Shown here in pieces: positions 1 through 10,581 of a stretch of 64,000 nucleotides of DNA. This DNA comes from a virus (taxonomy: Duplodnaviria > Caudoviricetes). Numbering within the stretch: position 1 is the stretch's first letter; each line of letters begins with the position of its first letter. Below the pieces are notes generated by a model, which did no database searches, was not told the DNA's origin, and saw nothing but the letters and a program-made list of their open reading frames with translations. The DNA is taken from IMG/VR virus record IMGVR_UViG_3300006133_000325. One strand, given 5' to 3'. Both the position numbers and the translations under genes were made by a program.

Positions 1-16
1 TGATTACTTTGTCAAT

Positions 17-1261
17 ATGGCAGTTATCAACTGGACAATTGATTTAGAAGCAAAAACAGTAAAACTTTATGAACCTGATGAGAGAATGCAAAAAGCTATC
101 AGAACAAATTATTTTAAATGTGTTTCACAAATCAATAAATTCAAATTAGATAACCGCATTACAGATATTATACGTCGATTATTTGTGGATGATGCCTGCT
201 TTGGGTTTATTGTAGAAAATGATATCGAAACATCTATCTTTTTTCTAAATCCAATGTATTGTGAAATAAAGAAAAATATTGGTGGAAATGTTTATGGGTA
301 TGCTGTTAATAGAAGCTTAATTGATAGCAGCTATTACGAAACTCTTCCATTAGAATTGCAGCGAATCATTGAAGAATCTAAAGAATTATCTCTAAATAAT
401 ATGGTTATGATACCAGACAAAAATTCTTTTTGTTTGAAATATCATAATGACTTCACTTATTTATATCCTCCTTTTCTGCCTTTACTTTCTGAATTATTAG
501 ATATCGACGACGCAAAAGAGCTTGCTAAAGCAAAATCAGAGGCAGATGCCTATAAATTGATTTATTTCAAAATCCCATTAACGCAAGATTCCCAAATTGC
601 AATCGGTGATGAGATTATTAGTAGTTTTGTTGAAATGGCAAAGGCAATACTTCCAGAAAGATTCGGCGTTATTCCCTCTCCTATGGATTTACAACTCGTA
701 GAAACAAAATCAACTGTATCAGATGATACAAATAAGGTAGAACAGGCTGTAGAAAATTATTATGGGGAAGCTGGTGTATCAAAAGCACTTATCTCCTCTG
801 CTTCTAGTGGTTCCGAATTAAAGTTATCTATGAAAGTTGACAGTTCCGACATATACCGAATTTATAGAATGATAGAAGCATGGGTAGATTTGCAGATAAA
901 GCTGCGTGGATTTATATATAGTGATTATCAGTTTGTCTATCGGATTCTTCCTACTACTATATTCGATATAAACGACTATATTGATACCCAGCTTAAAATG
1001 GCTCAAGCTTCTATGATAAATAAGGGAGTTCTTGCTGCGGCAAACGGAATCAATGCTGCAAAAATGTTAGGGAATACAGTATTAGAAAACAAGGTCTTGG
1101 GTGATATCTTTGATTCTTGGAATCCTTTACGTAGCAGTTATACAGAATCTGGAGGTTCTTCAGACGGTGTTGGCGCACCCAAAAAGGCTGAAACTGAAAT
1201 TAGTGAGGTTACAGAGGCTACACGGGCAAACGATGGGAATGATCCGGATAATAGGGTGTAG
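17..1261 (+). CDS. Phage portal protein (5'-truncated by window edge)
   Basis: Frame is open from position 2; first gene of the head module, upstream of protease and capsid; size and acidic C-tail fit SPbeta-like portals. Confidence 0.7.
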   Translation: MAVINWTIDLEAKTVKLYEPDERMQKAIRTNYFKCVSQINKFKLDNRITDIIRRLFVDDACFGFIVENDIETSIFFLNPMYCEIKKNIGGNVYGYAVNRSLIDSSYYETLPLELQRIIEESKELSLNNMVMIPDKNSFCLKYHNDFTYLYPPFLPLLSELLDIDDAKELAKAKSEADAYKLIYFKIPLTQDSQIAIGDEIISSFVEMAKAILPERFGVIPSPMDLQLVETKSTVSDDTNKVEQAVENYYGEAGVSKALISSASSGSELKLSMKVDSSDIYRIYRMIEAWVDLQIKLRGFIYSDYQFVYRILPTTIFDINDYIDTQLKMAQASMINKGVLAAANGINAAKMLGNTVLENKVLGDIFDSWNPLRSSYTESGGSSDGVGAPKKAETEISEVTEATRANDGNDPDNRV

Positions 1262-1324
1262 TCATAAAAAATCAAGAAGGAGAATTTATAAGCACAACAA
1301 AAAGAAAGTGATAAAGATAATTAT

Positions 1325-1513
1325 ATGGGTGAAGTAATATTTTTAGATAAATTCAAGGCTGATACTCTCCTATCGCTTGGATTTAAATATATTGTTAAAA
1401 TTATTGATGGTAAAGAAACATTTGTATTTATTCAAACAAAAGAGTTGATGATGGAACTAAACTCAAAATTTGAGAAAGGTTCTTTTTTTTGTACGAAAAA
1501 TTTATGTTTTTGA
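1325..1513 (+). CDS. Small hypothetical phage protein
   Basis: 62-aa ORF between portal and protease in operon orientation. Confidence 0.55.
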   Translation: MGEVIFLDKFKADTLLSLGFKYIVKIIDGKETFVFIQTKELMMELNSKFEKGSFFCTKNLCF

Positions 1514-1529
1514 TAAAAGGAAAGGAGGA

Positions 1530-3023
1530 ATGGTTAATTTGGATTTTGACAAAAATCAAACTTTAAATTTTACATCAAAACTATCCCATTTTGAAATTGT
1601 CAATCAAGAATTCATTCGGTGTAAATGCTATATGTTAGCAACTGGAGACAATGTAAACGGATCAGATATTACTTTGGAATCTGTCAAAAAAGCGTTGGCA
1701 AGAAATGAGTTTGACAATAAACCTGTTATAGCACATTTATATCAAGATATTGAAGATAATGGAAAATGGCGAGTTGGCGGACATGATTCTAAATGGATTA
1801 TTACAAATACGTCTATTGATATGATAAATGAATGTATACCATTTGGAGTGATACCTGAATCTGCAAACCTGCAATTAGAAGAAGTTCTTGAGGCAGATGG
1901 CGTGACAACGAATACCTATTTAACATGTCAGATTCTTCTTTGGACAGGAAGATTTAATATCATGGATGCTGCCTATAGTGATGATATTTATTTTAACCAA
2001 AGCTGTGAAATATCTGTCAATGAATACCATTATAAAGACAATGGTGTTTGTGCCATTGATGATTTTACGTTCAGTGCATTATGTCTATTGAATAAATCTT
2101 CTGATTTAGAGAAAAATGTTCGTCCTTGTTTCCCTTCTTGTCGAGTGGAAAAAATAAAAAATTTTTCTATTAACGAAGATAGTTTCAAACAAAATTTCAA
2201 TTTAATGCTTAAAAAATTAAAGCAATATGAAGCAGATGGAATTACCACTGTTCAAAATAAAGTAACAAAAAATCAGAAAGGAGAACGAACTATGGATTTA
2301 AAAAAATTCATGCAAACCCTTTCAAGCGAAAAAAGCGGGAATTACAGGCTATTAAGTGTAAACGATACCCAAATTTTTGCTTTAGATATGGAAGATTATA
2401 AACCATATGGGTTCAATTATGGTATCTCTAAAGAAAACGACGAGGAGTTTCTTACTATTGATTTTGAATCTAAGGTTGAACTGTCTTTATCTGCAACTGA
2501 AAAAATTACAGAGGAAGACTTTGAGGAGTTTGATATCAAAAATGAAATTGATACCATCAAGGAAGCTTATTCCAAAAAGAATGTAGAAGAAAAAGTAGCC
2601 GAGGCAACTGCTGCTGTTTCTGCAGAATTTCAAAAAGACTATGATAGTTTAAAAGAAGCATATGATACTCTCTTAGAGGCACATAAATTAGCAACCACTA
2701 AAGTAGATGAATATGAAAGGCAGGAAAAAGAGTTTGAACTTCAACAGCATAAAAATAAGATTGATGAGCTTGTCAATAAATATGCTGAAAAACTCGGAAA
2801 ATATTCTTCTTTTCTAGTATACAAGGCTAATATCGAAACCCATTACTCTAAAACCTGTGAACAAGTAGAACAGGATCTTATTCTTATGGCTGGAAAATAT
2901 CTTACCAGTAAAGAAAATCTAAAAAATAAAGCATTCTCTTATGCCCCAACAGAAACAAAAGCTTGTCGCATAACGGCAGCCGAATCCAAGTACGGGCATC
3001 TATTAGACAAATATATTCAATAA
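1530..3023 (+). CDS. Prohead protease / scaffold fusion
   Basis: AGGAGG at 1523 before ATG 1530 / TTG 1539; N-terminal protease-like region (NVNGS, GGH, QSCEI, FSALCLL) and C-terminal acidic coiled coil; position between portal and capsid. Confidence 0.7.
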   Translation: MVNLDFDKNQTLNFTSKLSHFEIVNQEFIRCKCYMLATGDNVNGSDITLESVKKALARNEFDNKPVIAHLYQDIEDNGKWRVGGHDSKWIITNTSIDMINECIPFGVIPESANLQLEEVLEADGVTTNTYLTCQILLWTGRFNIMDAAYSDDIYFNQSCEISVNEYHYKDNGVCAIDDFTFSALCLLNKSSDLEKNVRPCFPSCRVEKIKNFSINEDSFKQNFNLMLKKLKQYEADGITTVQNKVTKNQKGERTMDLKKFMQTLSSEKSGNYRLLSVNDTQIFALDMEDYKPYGFNYGISKENDEEFLTIDFESKVELSLSATEKITEEDFEEFDIKNEIDTIKEAYSKKNVEEKVAEATAAVSAEFQKDYDSLKEAYDTLLEAHKLATTKVDEYERQEKEFELQQHKNKIDELVNKYAEKLGKYSSFLVYKANIETHYSKTCEQVEQDLILMAGKYLTSKENLKNKAFSYAPTETKACRITAAESKYGHLLDKYIQ

Positions 3024-3038
3024 AAGGAGGAACAATTT

Positions 3039-3569
3039 ATGGACAACAAATATATGGTAGCTGAAAGCACCTTGCTTACCAATGCAAGGATTTTTAGTAT
3101 GCAGTCTACAAAGGATCTCCAGAATGGTGCCATTGTAGGAAAAGGTGAACTAATGACTGGCGAAGACCAGATTTATACTGCTCTTGATGACTATGCAGAC
3201 GGAGAATACTTAGTTTTAAATCCAGCATGGAGCTATAAGGGTGATAGTATTGTCAATCAGAATGAGGAGAATTATGTAAACAAAGCTGGACGTGCCTTTC
3301 GAGCATATCGGCTTGAAAAAGATCACAAATACAAAATCTATAATATAGAGGAAACATTTGAGATTGGTGATGCTGTAAAATACGATGCTGCTACAGGCAA
3401 GTACACAAAAGATGAATCTTCTAACTTAAAAGTAGTTGCTATTGAAGAAACTGGTTTTCCTTTTTGTATCGGAAGTATTGGCGTTCAATTAGCAGGTGAT
3501 GATGCAAATGAATACGGATATGCAACTGGAGCCAAAACTGTAAAATATACCATTGAAAAAGTAAAATAA
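3039..3569 (+). CDS. Head decoration / capsid-associated protein
   Basis: Strong RBS; 176 aa beta-rich protein immediately before the capsid gene. Confidence 0.55.
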   Translation: MDNKYMVAESTLLTNARIFSMQSTKDLQNGAIVGKGELMTGEDQIYTALDDYADGEYLVLNPAWSYKGDSIVNQNEENYVNKAGRAFRAYRLEKDHKYKIYNIEETFEIGDAVKYDAATGKYTKDESSNLKVVAIEETGFPFCIGSIGVQLAGDDANEYGYATGAKTVKYTIEKVK

Positions 3570-3588
3570 TTAAAGGAGGAGATAAGAT

Positions 3589-4602
3589 ATGAGTATGGTT
3601 ACTGACCTTACTGCGTTAATGAACGATGGTCTTTCTAATAAGATTGGTCTTTTTAATGAACACGCAGCAAAATATACTGACCAGGCTGTTAGAGAAGCTT
3701 TCTTTGAAATCTTGGGTGAAGACAAGCTAACCTATCAGAACTGGAGAGCAAATAAAAATGACTTATTTTCTATTATGGAAAATGTTTTGACCACCAACCT
3801 TCCACTAGCATGGGAAAATTCTTCTTTTTATGATCAGTTTGTAGAAATTAGAAATGGGGCTACGGGAGATTCCAATGAATTTATTGTTCCAGATAATTCT
3901 ATTATGGTGGCAAGTAGAATTTCTGGAAACCACTGGGATATTAATAGACAGAAAATCCAAGGTAATCGAGGATTTAGTGTTGTGACTGAATGGATTGGTA
4001 TCAGAGTATACGAAGAGTTGGAACGTTTCTTAAAGGGAATTACTACTCTAGTTGAAATGATGACCAAACTACAGAAGTCCTTTCAGACAGAAATTGATTC
4101 TCGTGTCTATGCTGCCTTTAATGGTATTGGAACCTATCTTCCAGCTAAATTCCAGGAAAGTGGTAGTTATGATAAAAGTACTATGAATGACTTAATTCAA
4201 AGAGTACAAGTTGCTTCTCAGAAAAATGTTATTCTGGCTGGTACAAGATCTGCTCTCTCTACTGTTGCAGAAGGCTTGGGTACTGCATGGATTTCTGAAG
4301 CTGCAAAACAGGAGTTAGCAACTACTGGTATGGTAATTGAAAACATTGGGCTTCCATGTAAAACAATGCTGATTCCACAAACGTTTTTACGTGGCACTTA
4401 TGATTTTAAGGTAGATAATAGTACTTTATATGTGCTTCCTGAAAACAGCAAGCCAATCAAGCTTTTCTTTGAAGGAGAAACTCGTACTTTAGAAAGAGGA
4501 TATCAGGAAAACAAGGATATGACTTTTGATGCTATCATTGAACAAAAGTTGGGCGCTGCTATTATCGTAGATTCCCTAGTAGGAAAATATACAATCGTCT
4601 AA
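3589..4602 (+). CDS. Major capsid protein
   Basis: 337 aa, strong RBS, follows protease and decoration genes, followed by a hairpin. Confidence 0.75.
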   Translation: MSMVTDLTALMNDGLSNKIGLFNEHAAKYTDQAVREAFFEILGEDKLTYQNWRANKNDLFSIMENVLTTNLPLAWENSSFYDQFVEIRNGATGDSNEFIVPDNSIMVASRISGNHWDINRQKIQGNRGFSVVTEWIGIRVYEELERFLKGITTLVEMMTKLQKSFQTEIDSRVYAAFNGIGTYLPAKFQESGSYDKSTMNDLIQRVQVASQKNVILAGTRSALSTVAEGLGTAWISEAAKQELATTGMVIENIGLPCKTMLIPQTFLRGTYDFKVDNSTLYVLPENSKPIKLFFEGETRTLERGYQENKDMTFDAIIEQKLGAAIIVDSLVGKYTIV

Positions 4603-4688
4603 ATAATATGAAAACGTTCAGCACCTGAAAAGGTGTATTTTTATGCTTATTTTTAGGTGCTGATATTTTTAAGGAGGATCTTAACTAT

Positions 4689-5435
4689 ATGGATTTTGAA
4701 AAAATGGATCTGGACGAATTAAAAGAATATGCTAAATCCATTGGTCTAACTGTTGGCAATATTGGAAAAGAGAAATTAGTTGCAAAAATCAGGGAAAAAA
4801 CCTCTGACAATACTCCTATTAAATCTTTATTAGAAGATGATGATTTAGAAGAAAGGAAAAGTATTCCTACTTCTATTGACAACTCTGCCGATTCTACTTC
4901 TTTGCTTGGCTCTATTTCTTCTGCTATTGATGAATTAGATGAAGCTGCCAACGAAAAAGTAGAAGAAATGGTTGACTTACCAATGGAAACACAAATTCCT
5001 GTAAAGTCTATCACTTTTGGAGGGCTAACTTATATTTCAAGAACAACAAATGCTGTTTTCAGATGGAATCAAATTGGTGCAGTTGAATATATGACAGTCG
5101 CCCAATTAAATGAGATGAGTAATTATAAGAGTGATTTTTTACGTAAGCCTATGGTAATCCTTATGGACGAACGTGCTATTAAAAAATTCCGTCTAACATC
5201 AGTCTATGAAAACGTCGCTAAAATCAATAATCTTACCTCTGTATTTCAATCTGATTTAAATACAATCTCTAAAGTGATTGACGATGCTTTGCGTGTTAAT
5301 ATGAGAGATATTTTAATCTCAAAGGTTCGTCAAATGTACAAAAACAAAAAATTAGTTGATATTAATATTATTCGTTTATTAGAAAACAAATTAAAATTCG
5401 ACCTATCTGATAGTGATTTATCTGATACCAAATAA
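4689..5435 (+). CDS. Hypothetical head-module protein
   Basis: RBS AAGGAGG; N-terminal short helical motif (LDELKEYAKSIGL) and acidic linker. Confidence 0.6.
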   Translation: MDFEKMDLDELKEYAKSIGLTVGNIGKEKLVAKIREKTSDNTPIKSLLEDDDLEERKSIPTSIDNSADSTSLLGSISSAIDELDEAANEKVEEMVDLPMETQIPVKSITFGGLTYISRTTNAVFRWNQIGAVEYMTVAQLNEMSNYKSDFLRKPMVILMDERAIKKFRLTSVYENVAKINNLTSVFQSDLNTISKVIDDALRVNMRDILISKVRQMYKNKKLVDINIIRLLENKLKFDLSDSDLSDTK

Positions 5436-5455
5436 ATTTAAAGGCAGGTGATACT

Positions 5456-5914
5456 ATGCCTTATACCACATACCGAGAATTAGAAGATGCGGTATTTAAT
5501 AAAATCAAAGAATTGGATTTTGTTGCTTTGACAGAAGATACTGCATATGAAATCGTACATAGTTATATGCGTCCAGCGATTGTTCAATTTCAATCTGCGA
5601 AACAGGATTTGTCTGATAGAGATGATAAACTTGCCCGTTTTAATTTCACACTTACAGATGAAACCTTTATTATTTTAGTAAATTATATGATAATTGAATG
5701 GTTAGATTCTAATTATTTACTTACCACTAATGCACTAAAAGCACGTCTTACATCAAGTGATTTTAAATCTCTGAATCTGCCGCAGCAGTTAGATAAGGTT
5801 ATGGCACTACGTACTATGTTAAAGTCAGAAAACAATCAGCTTGCTATCAATAAATCTTATCACTCTTCTACTCTATTTGACTTGGTTACTGGTAGAAAGA
5901 AGGTGCAGGCTTGA
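5456..5914 (+). CDS. Putative head-tail adaptor
   Basis: 152-aa helical protein in the head completion position. Confidence 0.5.
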   Translation: MPYTTYRELEDAVFNKIKELDFVALTEDTAYEIVHSYMRPAIVQFQSAKQDLSDRDDKLARFNFTLTDETFIILVNYMIIEWLDSNYLLTTNALKARLTSSDFKSLNLPQQLDKVMALRTMLKSENNQLAINKSYHSSTLFDLVTGRKKVQA

Positions 5915-6948
5915 GTTTACATCTTATGAAAGAACGAATCCAGCGAAGTGGCACAACTCTTTATCAGGAACAGATAAAAGATGGGCAAGATGTCCTGACT
6001 TATGGCTTTCAAGACGATGTTTCCTATAATCCAAATATCATTTTATATCATACAGAAGAATCCATACCAATTAAAATGTTCAATCAAAAATCAAGCGCCT
6101 CTTATGGCTTTGCTATCAGTTTTTTATCTCCACATGATACTCCAGTGGAACTAGGGCAGATTCTATATGATACAAAGAAAAATGAATACTGGCTTTGTGT
6201 AGAATCATTTGACGTATCCGGAATCCACTACGATGGGAAATTAGGAAAGTGTGGACACTTCTTACGTTGGCAGGATAAAAAGGGTGTTATTCAGGAGTAT
6301 CCTATGATTGTCACCTCGGCTGCAAAATATAACAACGGAGAACGGAAATGGGGATCCGTAGAGCTTGCCTCTGATCAAATTATGGTATTTACACAATTAA
6401 ATGAAGATACCATTCAACTTGATCGCGGAGATTGTTTCTTTGTAGATGAAAATAGAGTACATCCATCTGTCTATGAACTAACCCGTACTGATACTGCCCT
6501 TTATACTTATATGGGAACTGGATTTTTAGGCATGATTCTAACGGAAAGTGCTTATACCCCTTCAAAAGAAGAATTGGAACTGGGTGTTTGTTATTATAAA
6601 TATTTTCCAGAACCTACTCTCCCGCCCGTGCCACCAGAAACAGAAGATCCAGATGAATCTCCTGTTCTACTCTCTTCTATATCTGGCAGCAAAAGTCTAA
6701 AAGTAGGATTTCCACGCACTTATACAGCTAGATTCACAGATGAAAACGGAGAAGAACTGGATTGGAATAATATCTCGTTTACTTGGGAAGTTGAAGCAGA
6801 TTTTGAAGTAGTAAAAACAGAATATAATAACAAAATAACTCTATTGGCAGAAAGGGAAGATATCATTGAAAAGTCTATCCTTTTGAAGCTTCTGATAGAG
6901 GATGAAACTGCAGCAGATCTTAAAATCAATATAACCGCTGTTGCATAG
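5911..6948 (+). CDS. Putative head-closure / neck protein with C-terminal Ig-like domain
   Basis: Overlapping operon position; Pro-rich linker followed by a beta-rich domain. Confidence 0.5.
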   Translation: MSLHLMKERIQRSGTTLYQEQIKDGQDVLTYGFQDDVSYNPNIILYHTEESIPIKMFNQKSSASYGFAISFLSPHDTPVELGQILYDTKKNEYWLCVESFDVSGIHYDGKLGKCGHFLRWQDKKGVIQEYPMIVTSAAKYNNGERKWGSVELASDQIMVFTQLNEDTIQLDRGDCFFVDENRVHPSVYELTRTDTALYTYMGTGFLGMILTESAYTPSKEELELGVCYYKYFPEPTLPPVPPETEDPDESPVLLSSISGSKSLKVGFPRTYTARFTDENGEELDWNNISFTWEVEADFEVVKTEYNNKITLLAEREDIIEKSILLKLLIEDETAADLKINITAVA

Positions 6949-6958
6949 GAGGATTTCA

Positions 6959-7555
6959 ATGGCGAATTTATACTACGCTGCCAATTATAAAAATAAAATT
7001 ATCAATCTTCTATTAAAAAACCAGGACTTTATCCGTCTGATAAATCCTATTCCGTGTCCGCATGATGAACTTGACATTGTAGATGTATTATTAGGCGGCG
7101 AATGGATTATAAATGGAGAGGTTTATAAAGAACAAGGGCATATCTTTGATTATAATTTCGTAAATGACACGATTACAGATAAAAAAACATTTGTATTTGT
7201 AGAAACTGACATTGATACAGTTAGGGATGATATTTTTACAGACTTTAATTTATATATATGTATTTTTACAGAAAAAGAGCTTGTCAGGATTACAGATAAT
7301 AGTATACCTACTGTAAACCAAATAAAAGAAATGGGTTATTTTGTAGGAAACCGCGCTAATCGGATAGATGTCTTGTGTGATATTGTGGATAGGATTTTGA
7401 ATGGTTCAAGTGAACTGAATGGGATAGGACGTATACGACCATGCCCTATGGACTATATGACTATTTTTTGCCCAAGTAATAACTATTATGGAAAATGCCT
7501 AAAATATAGAATTTCTAATTATAATGAAGGAGGAACTGACTGTGGATATCAATAA
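6959..7555 (+). CDS. Putative tail completion / terminator protein
   Basis: AGGAGG before ATG 6959; position between neck and tail tube genes. Confidence 0.45.
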   Translation: MANLYYAANYKNKIINLLLKNQDFIRLINPIPCPHDELDIVDVLLGGEWIINGEVYKEQGHIFDYNFVNDTITDKKTFVFVETDIDTVRDDIFTDFNLYICIFTEKELVRITDNSIPTVNQIKEMGYFVGNRANRIDVLCDIVDRILNGSSELNGIGRIRPCPMDYMTIFCPSNNYYGKCLKYRISNYNEGGTDCGYQ

Positions 7556-8318
7556 AGAATCCCTGCAATCTTTCCTTATTTTCAACAAGGAAATTCCATA
7601 CAATAAATTTATTACTTTATATCCTATTCGTATGAAGGATTACTTATCTTTCCAACAATTCCAACTTGCCCTGACATTACGTAAGGATTCTATTTTCCGA
7701 AAAAAAGAATTCGTCAAAATGGGCTATCTTGAGTTCATTCAATATGCTTGCCGCAACACGGCTCTTGCTGAAGAATATAAATTAACTTTTCTTCCTTTTT
7801 ATTATGATTTTATTATAGGGATTTTACAGTTGGTTTGTAGGGAAGATGCAAAAATTAAATACTCTCCTCAAACTCTTGAAATTACGATAAATGACTTTGC
7901 TATTACGAATAGCGTATTTGACGATTTAAGAAAAATTATTATTATTCAAAATGATATTGCGTTTGATGTTGATGAATTTATGAACATTGATACGGTTCAT
8001 GCTTTGGAAAAGGCAAGAGAATTTGAAGCAAAAAAAAAGAAAGAAACTGCAGATATAGAAGATTATGTTGATTCTTTGATTGTAAGCCTGAAAATGGACG
8101 AGGAATATGTGTCCAATCTAACAATAAGAAAATTTTGGAGATATATTAAACGTATCAACAAACATGAAGAATATATAGCCTGCCGTTCAGGGCAAATGAG
8201 TGGAATGGTGACTTTTAAGGAGCCATTGCAGCATTGGATGACAAGTATAGAAGTCCTGGATAAAGATGAAAATTTCAAAGCAAACGAAAGTGAAGTAAGA
8301 AATAAAGTATTAGGCTAA
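7542..8318 (+). CDS. Hypothetical tail-module protein (possible assembly chaperone)
   Basis: AGGAGG before GTG 7542; operon position. Confidence 0.45.
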   Translation: MDINKESLQSFLIFNKEIPYNKFITLYPIRMKDYLSFQQFQLALTLRKDSIFRKKEFVKMGYLEFIQYACRNTALAEEYKLTFLPFYYDFIIGILQLVCREDAKIKYSPQTLEITINDFAITNSVFDDLRKIIIIQNDIAFDVDEFMNIDTVHALEKAREFEAKKKKETADIEDYVDSLIVSLKMDEEYVSNLTIRKFWRYIKRINKHEEYIACRSGQMSGMVTFKEPLQHWMTSIEVLDKDENFKANESEVRNKVLG

Positions 8319-8356
8319 TTCTTCTATAAAAATATTATAAGAAAGTGAGGAACTAT

Positions 8357-9376
8357 ATGGGAAATGTATTAGATGAACGTTCAAAAGATTTTTTAGTCTC
8401 TTCTGCTGATATTGCATTTATTGTAAACGGTATGTTAGCATTTACAGGGACTACTTCTTTAAACACTTCTATTTCTGTTTCTACTGAAGATCAGGAAATT
8501 ACAGGTGGCAAGGGTGGTAAAACACTTTACAAGTACAAATATGGTAGGAAATTAGCTCTTTCTATTGAAATGGCAGAATGGCGATTATCTTATATTGCGG
8601 CTAACGTAGGTTCTACCATTTTTGAGGGACTAAAAGATGTATTCTCTGTCGCAGAATGCGTTACTCTAACGAATGGTGTGGGAACTCTAAAGAAAATACC
8701 GGTTGGGAATGTTTATGTAGAAACACCAGATGGTTCTACTTTAGAAGTAACTCCGACTGGTTCTACTATTACCGTAGGGGAACTAGAGGGTTCTGTTTTA
8801 GCAACCTATCAGTACAGCACTAATGTGAAACGCATCACTATTGACGCTGCCTCTACTCCATTTGTTGGCAAACTAGTGATGACTGCAGAAAAACATAATA
8901 ATAAAAAGGGTAAAGTTGGAGAAGTACAAATTGAGATTCCTTCCTTCCAGCTTTCTGGTACATTCGATATCTCACTAGAATCTAGTGGAAGTACTACAAC
9001 TCAGTTAGATGGTGACGCACTGGCTGTAGAAAGCGATTCTTGTTCCGAAGGTACTGTGTACGGCTATATTACCGAAATTGCCTCTGAAGCTTCTACTGTC
9101 ACTGTGAATGATATTGCTGCTACTCCTGCTGTTATTAGCTTGGCTGTTGGGGAGCAAAGCACTATTTCTGTCATTGGTATTAAGGGCGGCTTATATAGCA
9201 ATGTAGCCATTGATGTAGCAGACTGCACGATTACATCAGAAGCACCAGCTACCGCAACTGTAGAAAACGGCATCGTTACAGCTATTGCAGAAGGAGAGAC
9301 TTATATTAACGTTGATTATAATGGTATCAAAGATATCATTAAAGTTATCGTTAGTACTGCAGTAGAAACCCCGTAA
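8357..9376 (+). CDS. Major tail tube protein with C-terminal Ig-like (Big_2) domain
   Basis: Thr/Ser/Gly-rich beta protein; C-terminal ATATVENGIVTAIAEGETYI Big_2-like motif. Confidence 0.7.
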   Translation: MGNVLDERSKDFLVSSADIAFIVNGMLAFTGTTSLNTSISVSTEDQEITGGKGGKTLYKYKYGRKLALSIEMAEWRLSYIAANVGSTIFEGLKDVFSVAECVTLTNGVGTLKKIPVGNVYVETPDGSTLEVTPTGSTITVGELEGSVLATYQYSTNVKRITIDAASTPFVGKLVMTAEKHNNKKGKVGEVQIEIPSFQLSGTFDISLESSGSTTTQLDGDALAVESDSCSEGTVYGYITEIASEASTVTVNDIAATPAVISLAVGEQSTISVIGIKGGLYSNVAIDVADCTITSEAPATATVENGIVTAIAEGETYINVDYNGIKDIIKVIVSTAVETP

Positions 9377-9440
9377 AAATAGAAGAATTAAGGAGTTGTT
9401 GTACTGAAAAAGTACTTCAGCTCCATTTCTGGAGGTAAAA

Positions 9441-9704
9441 ATGGAAGAAAAATCAAACTATGAGGAAGCCTCCAAAGAAGAGGTCAAATCAACGAAAAAA
9501 ACAGGAACAGCGCGACATAAAAGGGAACATTATAAAACAGAACGATGTAAAGTTCTTTTATATAATAAGCTAACAAAAGAACTGGATATTAACTTTATGG
9601 GATATGGAATCCGAATATCCCATGCTGAGCATATTGATTCAGACTATGTTACCATAAAATATCTTGGAGAAATTGGTAAACCTAATTTTGTCTGTGAATT
9701 GTAG
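9441..9704 (+). CDS. Hypothetical protein
   Basis: GGAGG RBS, 87 aa. Confidence 0.6.
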   Translation: MEEKSNYEEASKEEVKSTKKTGTARHKREHYKTERCKVLLYNKLTKELDINFMGYGIRISHAEHIDSDYVTIKYLGEIGKPNFVCEL

Positions 9705-9712
9705 GTGATTCC

Positions 9713-9901
9713 ATGTGCAAAAACTGTTATGAAGAATTTGTGGCACGTAGTGGTAAAATCATGCTTTTTTGCAAACTATTAGAGAAAAATAATGAATCAA
9801 AAAACATTATGACCAGGCTATGTCTGTGTCAACGGTACTGCCGTGATAGAGATAAATATATCCCAAATCAACAAAATTCGGGATGTAAAAATTTTGAGTG
9901 A
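9713..9901 (+). CDS. Small Cys-rich hypothetical protein
   Basis: AGGTG RBS; seven Cys in 62 aa. Confidence 0.55.
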   Translation: MCKNCYEEFVARSGKIMLFCKLLEKNNESKNIMTRLCLCQRYCRDRDKYIPNQQNSGCKNFE

Positions 9902-10005
9902 ATAATATATTAGCGTAAAAAAGAAAAATGGGTAAGGTATATACGCTAATATGTTTTAGCTATACGCTTTACCCATTTTTTTACGCTTGAAAGAGGGGGG
10001 CTATA

Positions 10006-10233
10006 ATCATCAAAATAGACCATGAATATAGCAGTAACTGGAAAGAGGAAATGTCCTATTTAGAGAACCAGGGAATCCATTATCGTTTTGTAAAAACAAT
10101 CAATGGTGTTACTGTATGGAAATATGAAAAAACAGAAGAATTATTTCGTGCATTGGCTGATTTTTACAGTAATGTATATCAAATGACGCATAAAGATATC
10201 TTTAATTCTAAATGGAGGAAAGAAAACAAATGA
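10006..10233 (+). CDS. Small hypothetical protein, probable non-canonical ATC start
   Basis: G-rich RBS at 9993-10000 precedes in-frame ATA ATC ATC; ATG 10051 is the first canonical start. Confidence 0.45.
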   Translation: MIKIDHEYSSNWKEEMSYLENQGIHYRFVKTINGVTVWKYEKTEELFRALADFYSNVYQMTHKDIFNSKWRKENK

Positions 10234-10541
10234 GTGATAATTTATTCAAAATAGTCATGGCTCTTATCCCCGTCATAGGGGCAATCGTTACAGGGTTTCT
10301 TATACCTTATATCAAAACAAAAATATCTGCAGCCCAGTTGGATGAAATCAGCCAATGGGTAACAAAAACCGTACAAGCGGCGGAAGTTCTGTTCAATACA
10401 CCCAAATCTGGTGACGAAAAAAGAGGATATGTAATAGATATGATTGACCAAATGTTCAATTCTAAAAAAGAGGTCATTACAAAAGAACAGATCCGTATTT
10501 TATTAGAAGCGGCTTGGAAAGAAATGAGCGAAACTGTATGA
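10230..10541 (+). CDS. Phage holin, LL-H-like family
   Basis: One N-terminal TM helix, then VQAAEVLF...GDEKR...IRILLEAA pattern. Confidence 0.75.
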   Translation: MSDNLFKIVMALIPVIGAIVTGFLIPYIKTKISAAQLDEISQWVTKTVQAAEVLFNTPKSGDEKRGYVIDMIDQMFNSKKEVITKEQIRILLEAAWKEMSETV

Positions 10542-10581
10542 GCAATTATTTGACAGAAAAATAGAAAGGTATATTTAGATA

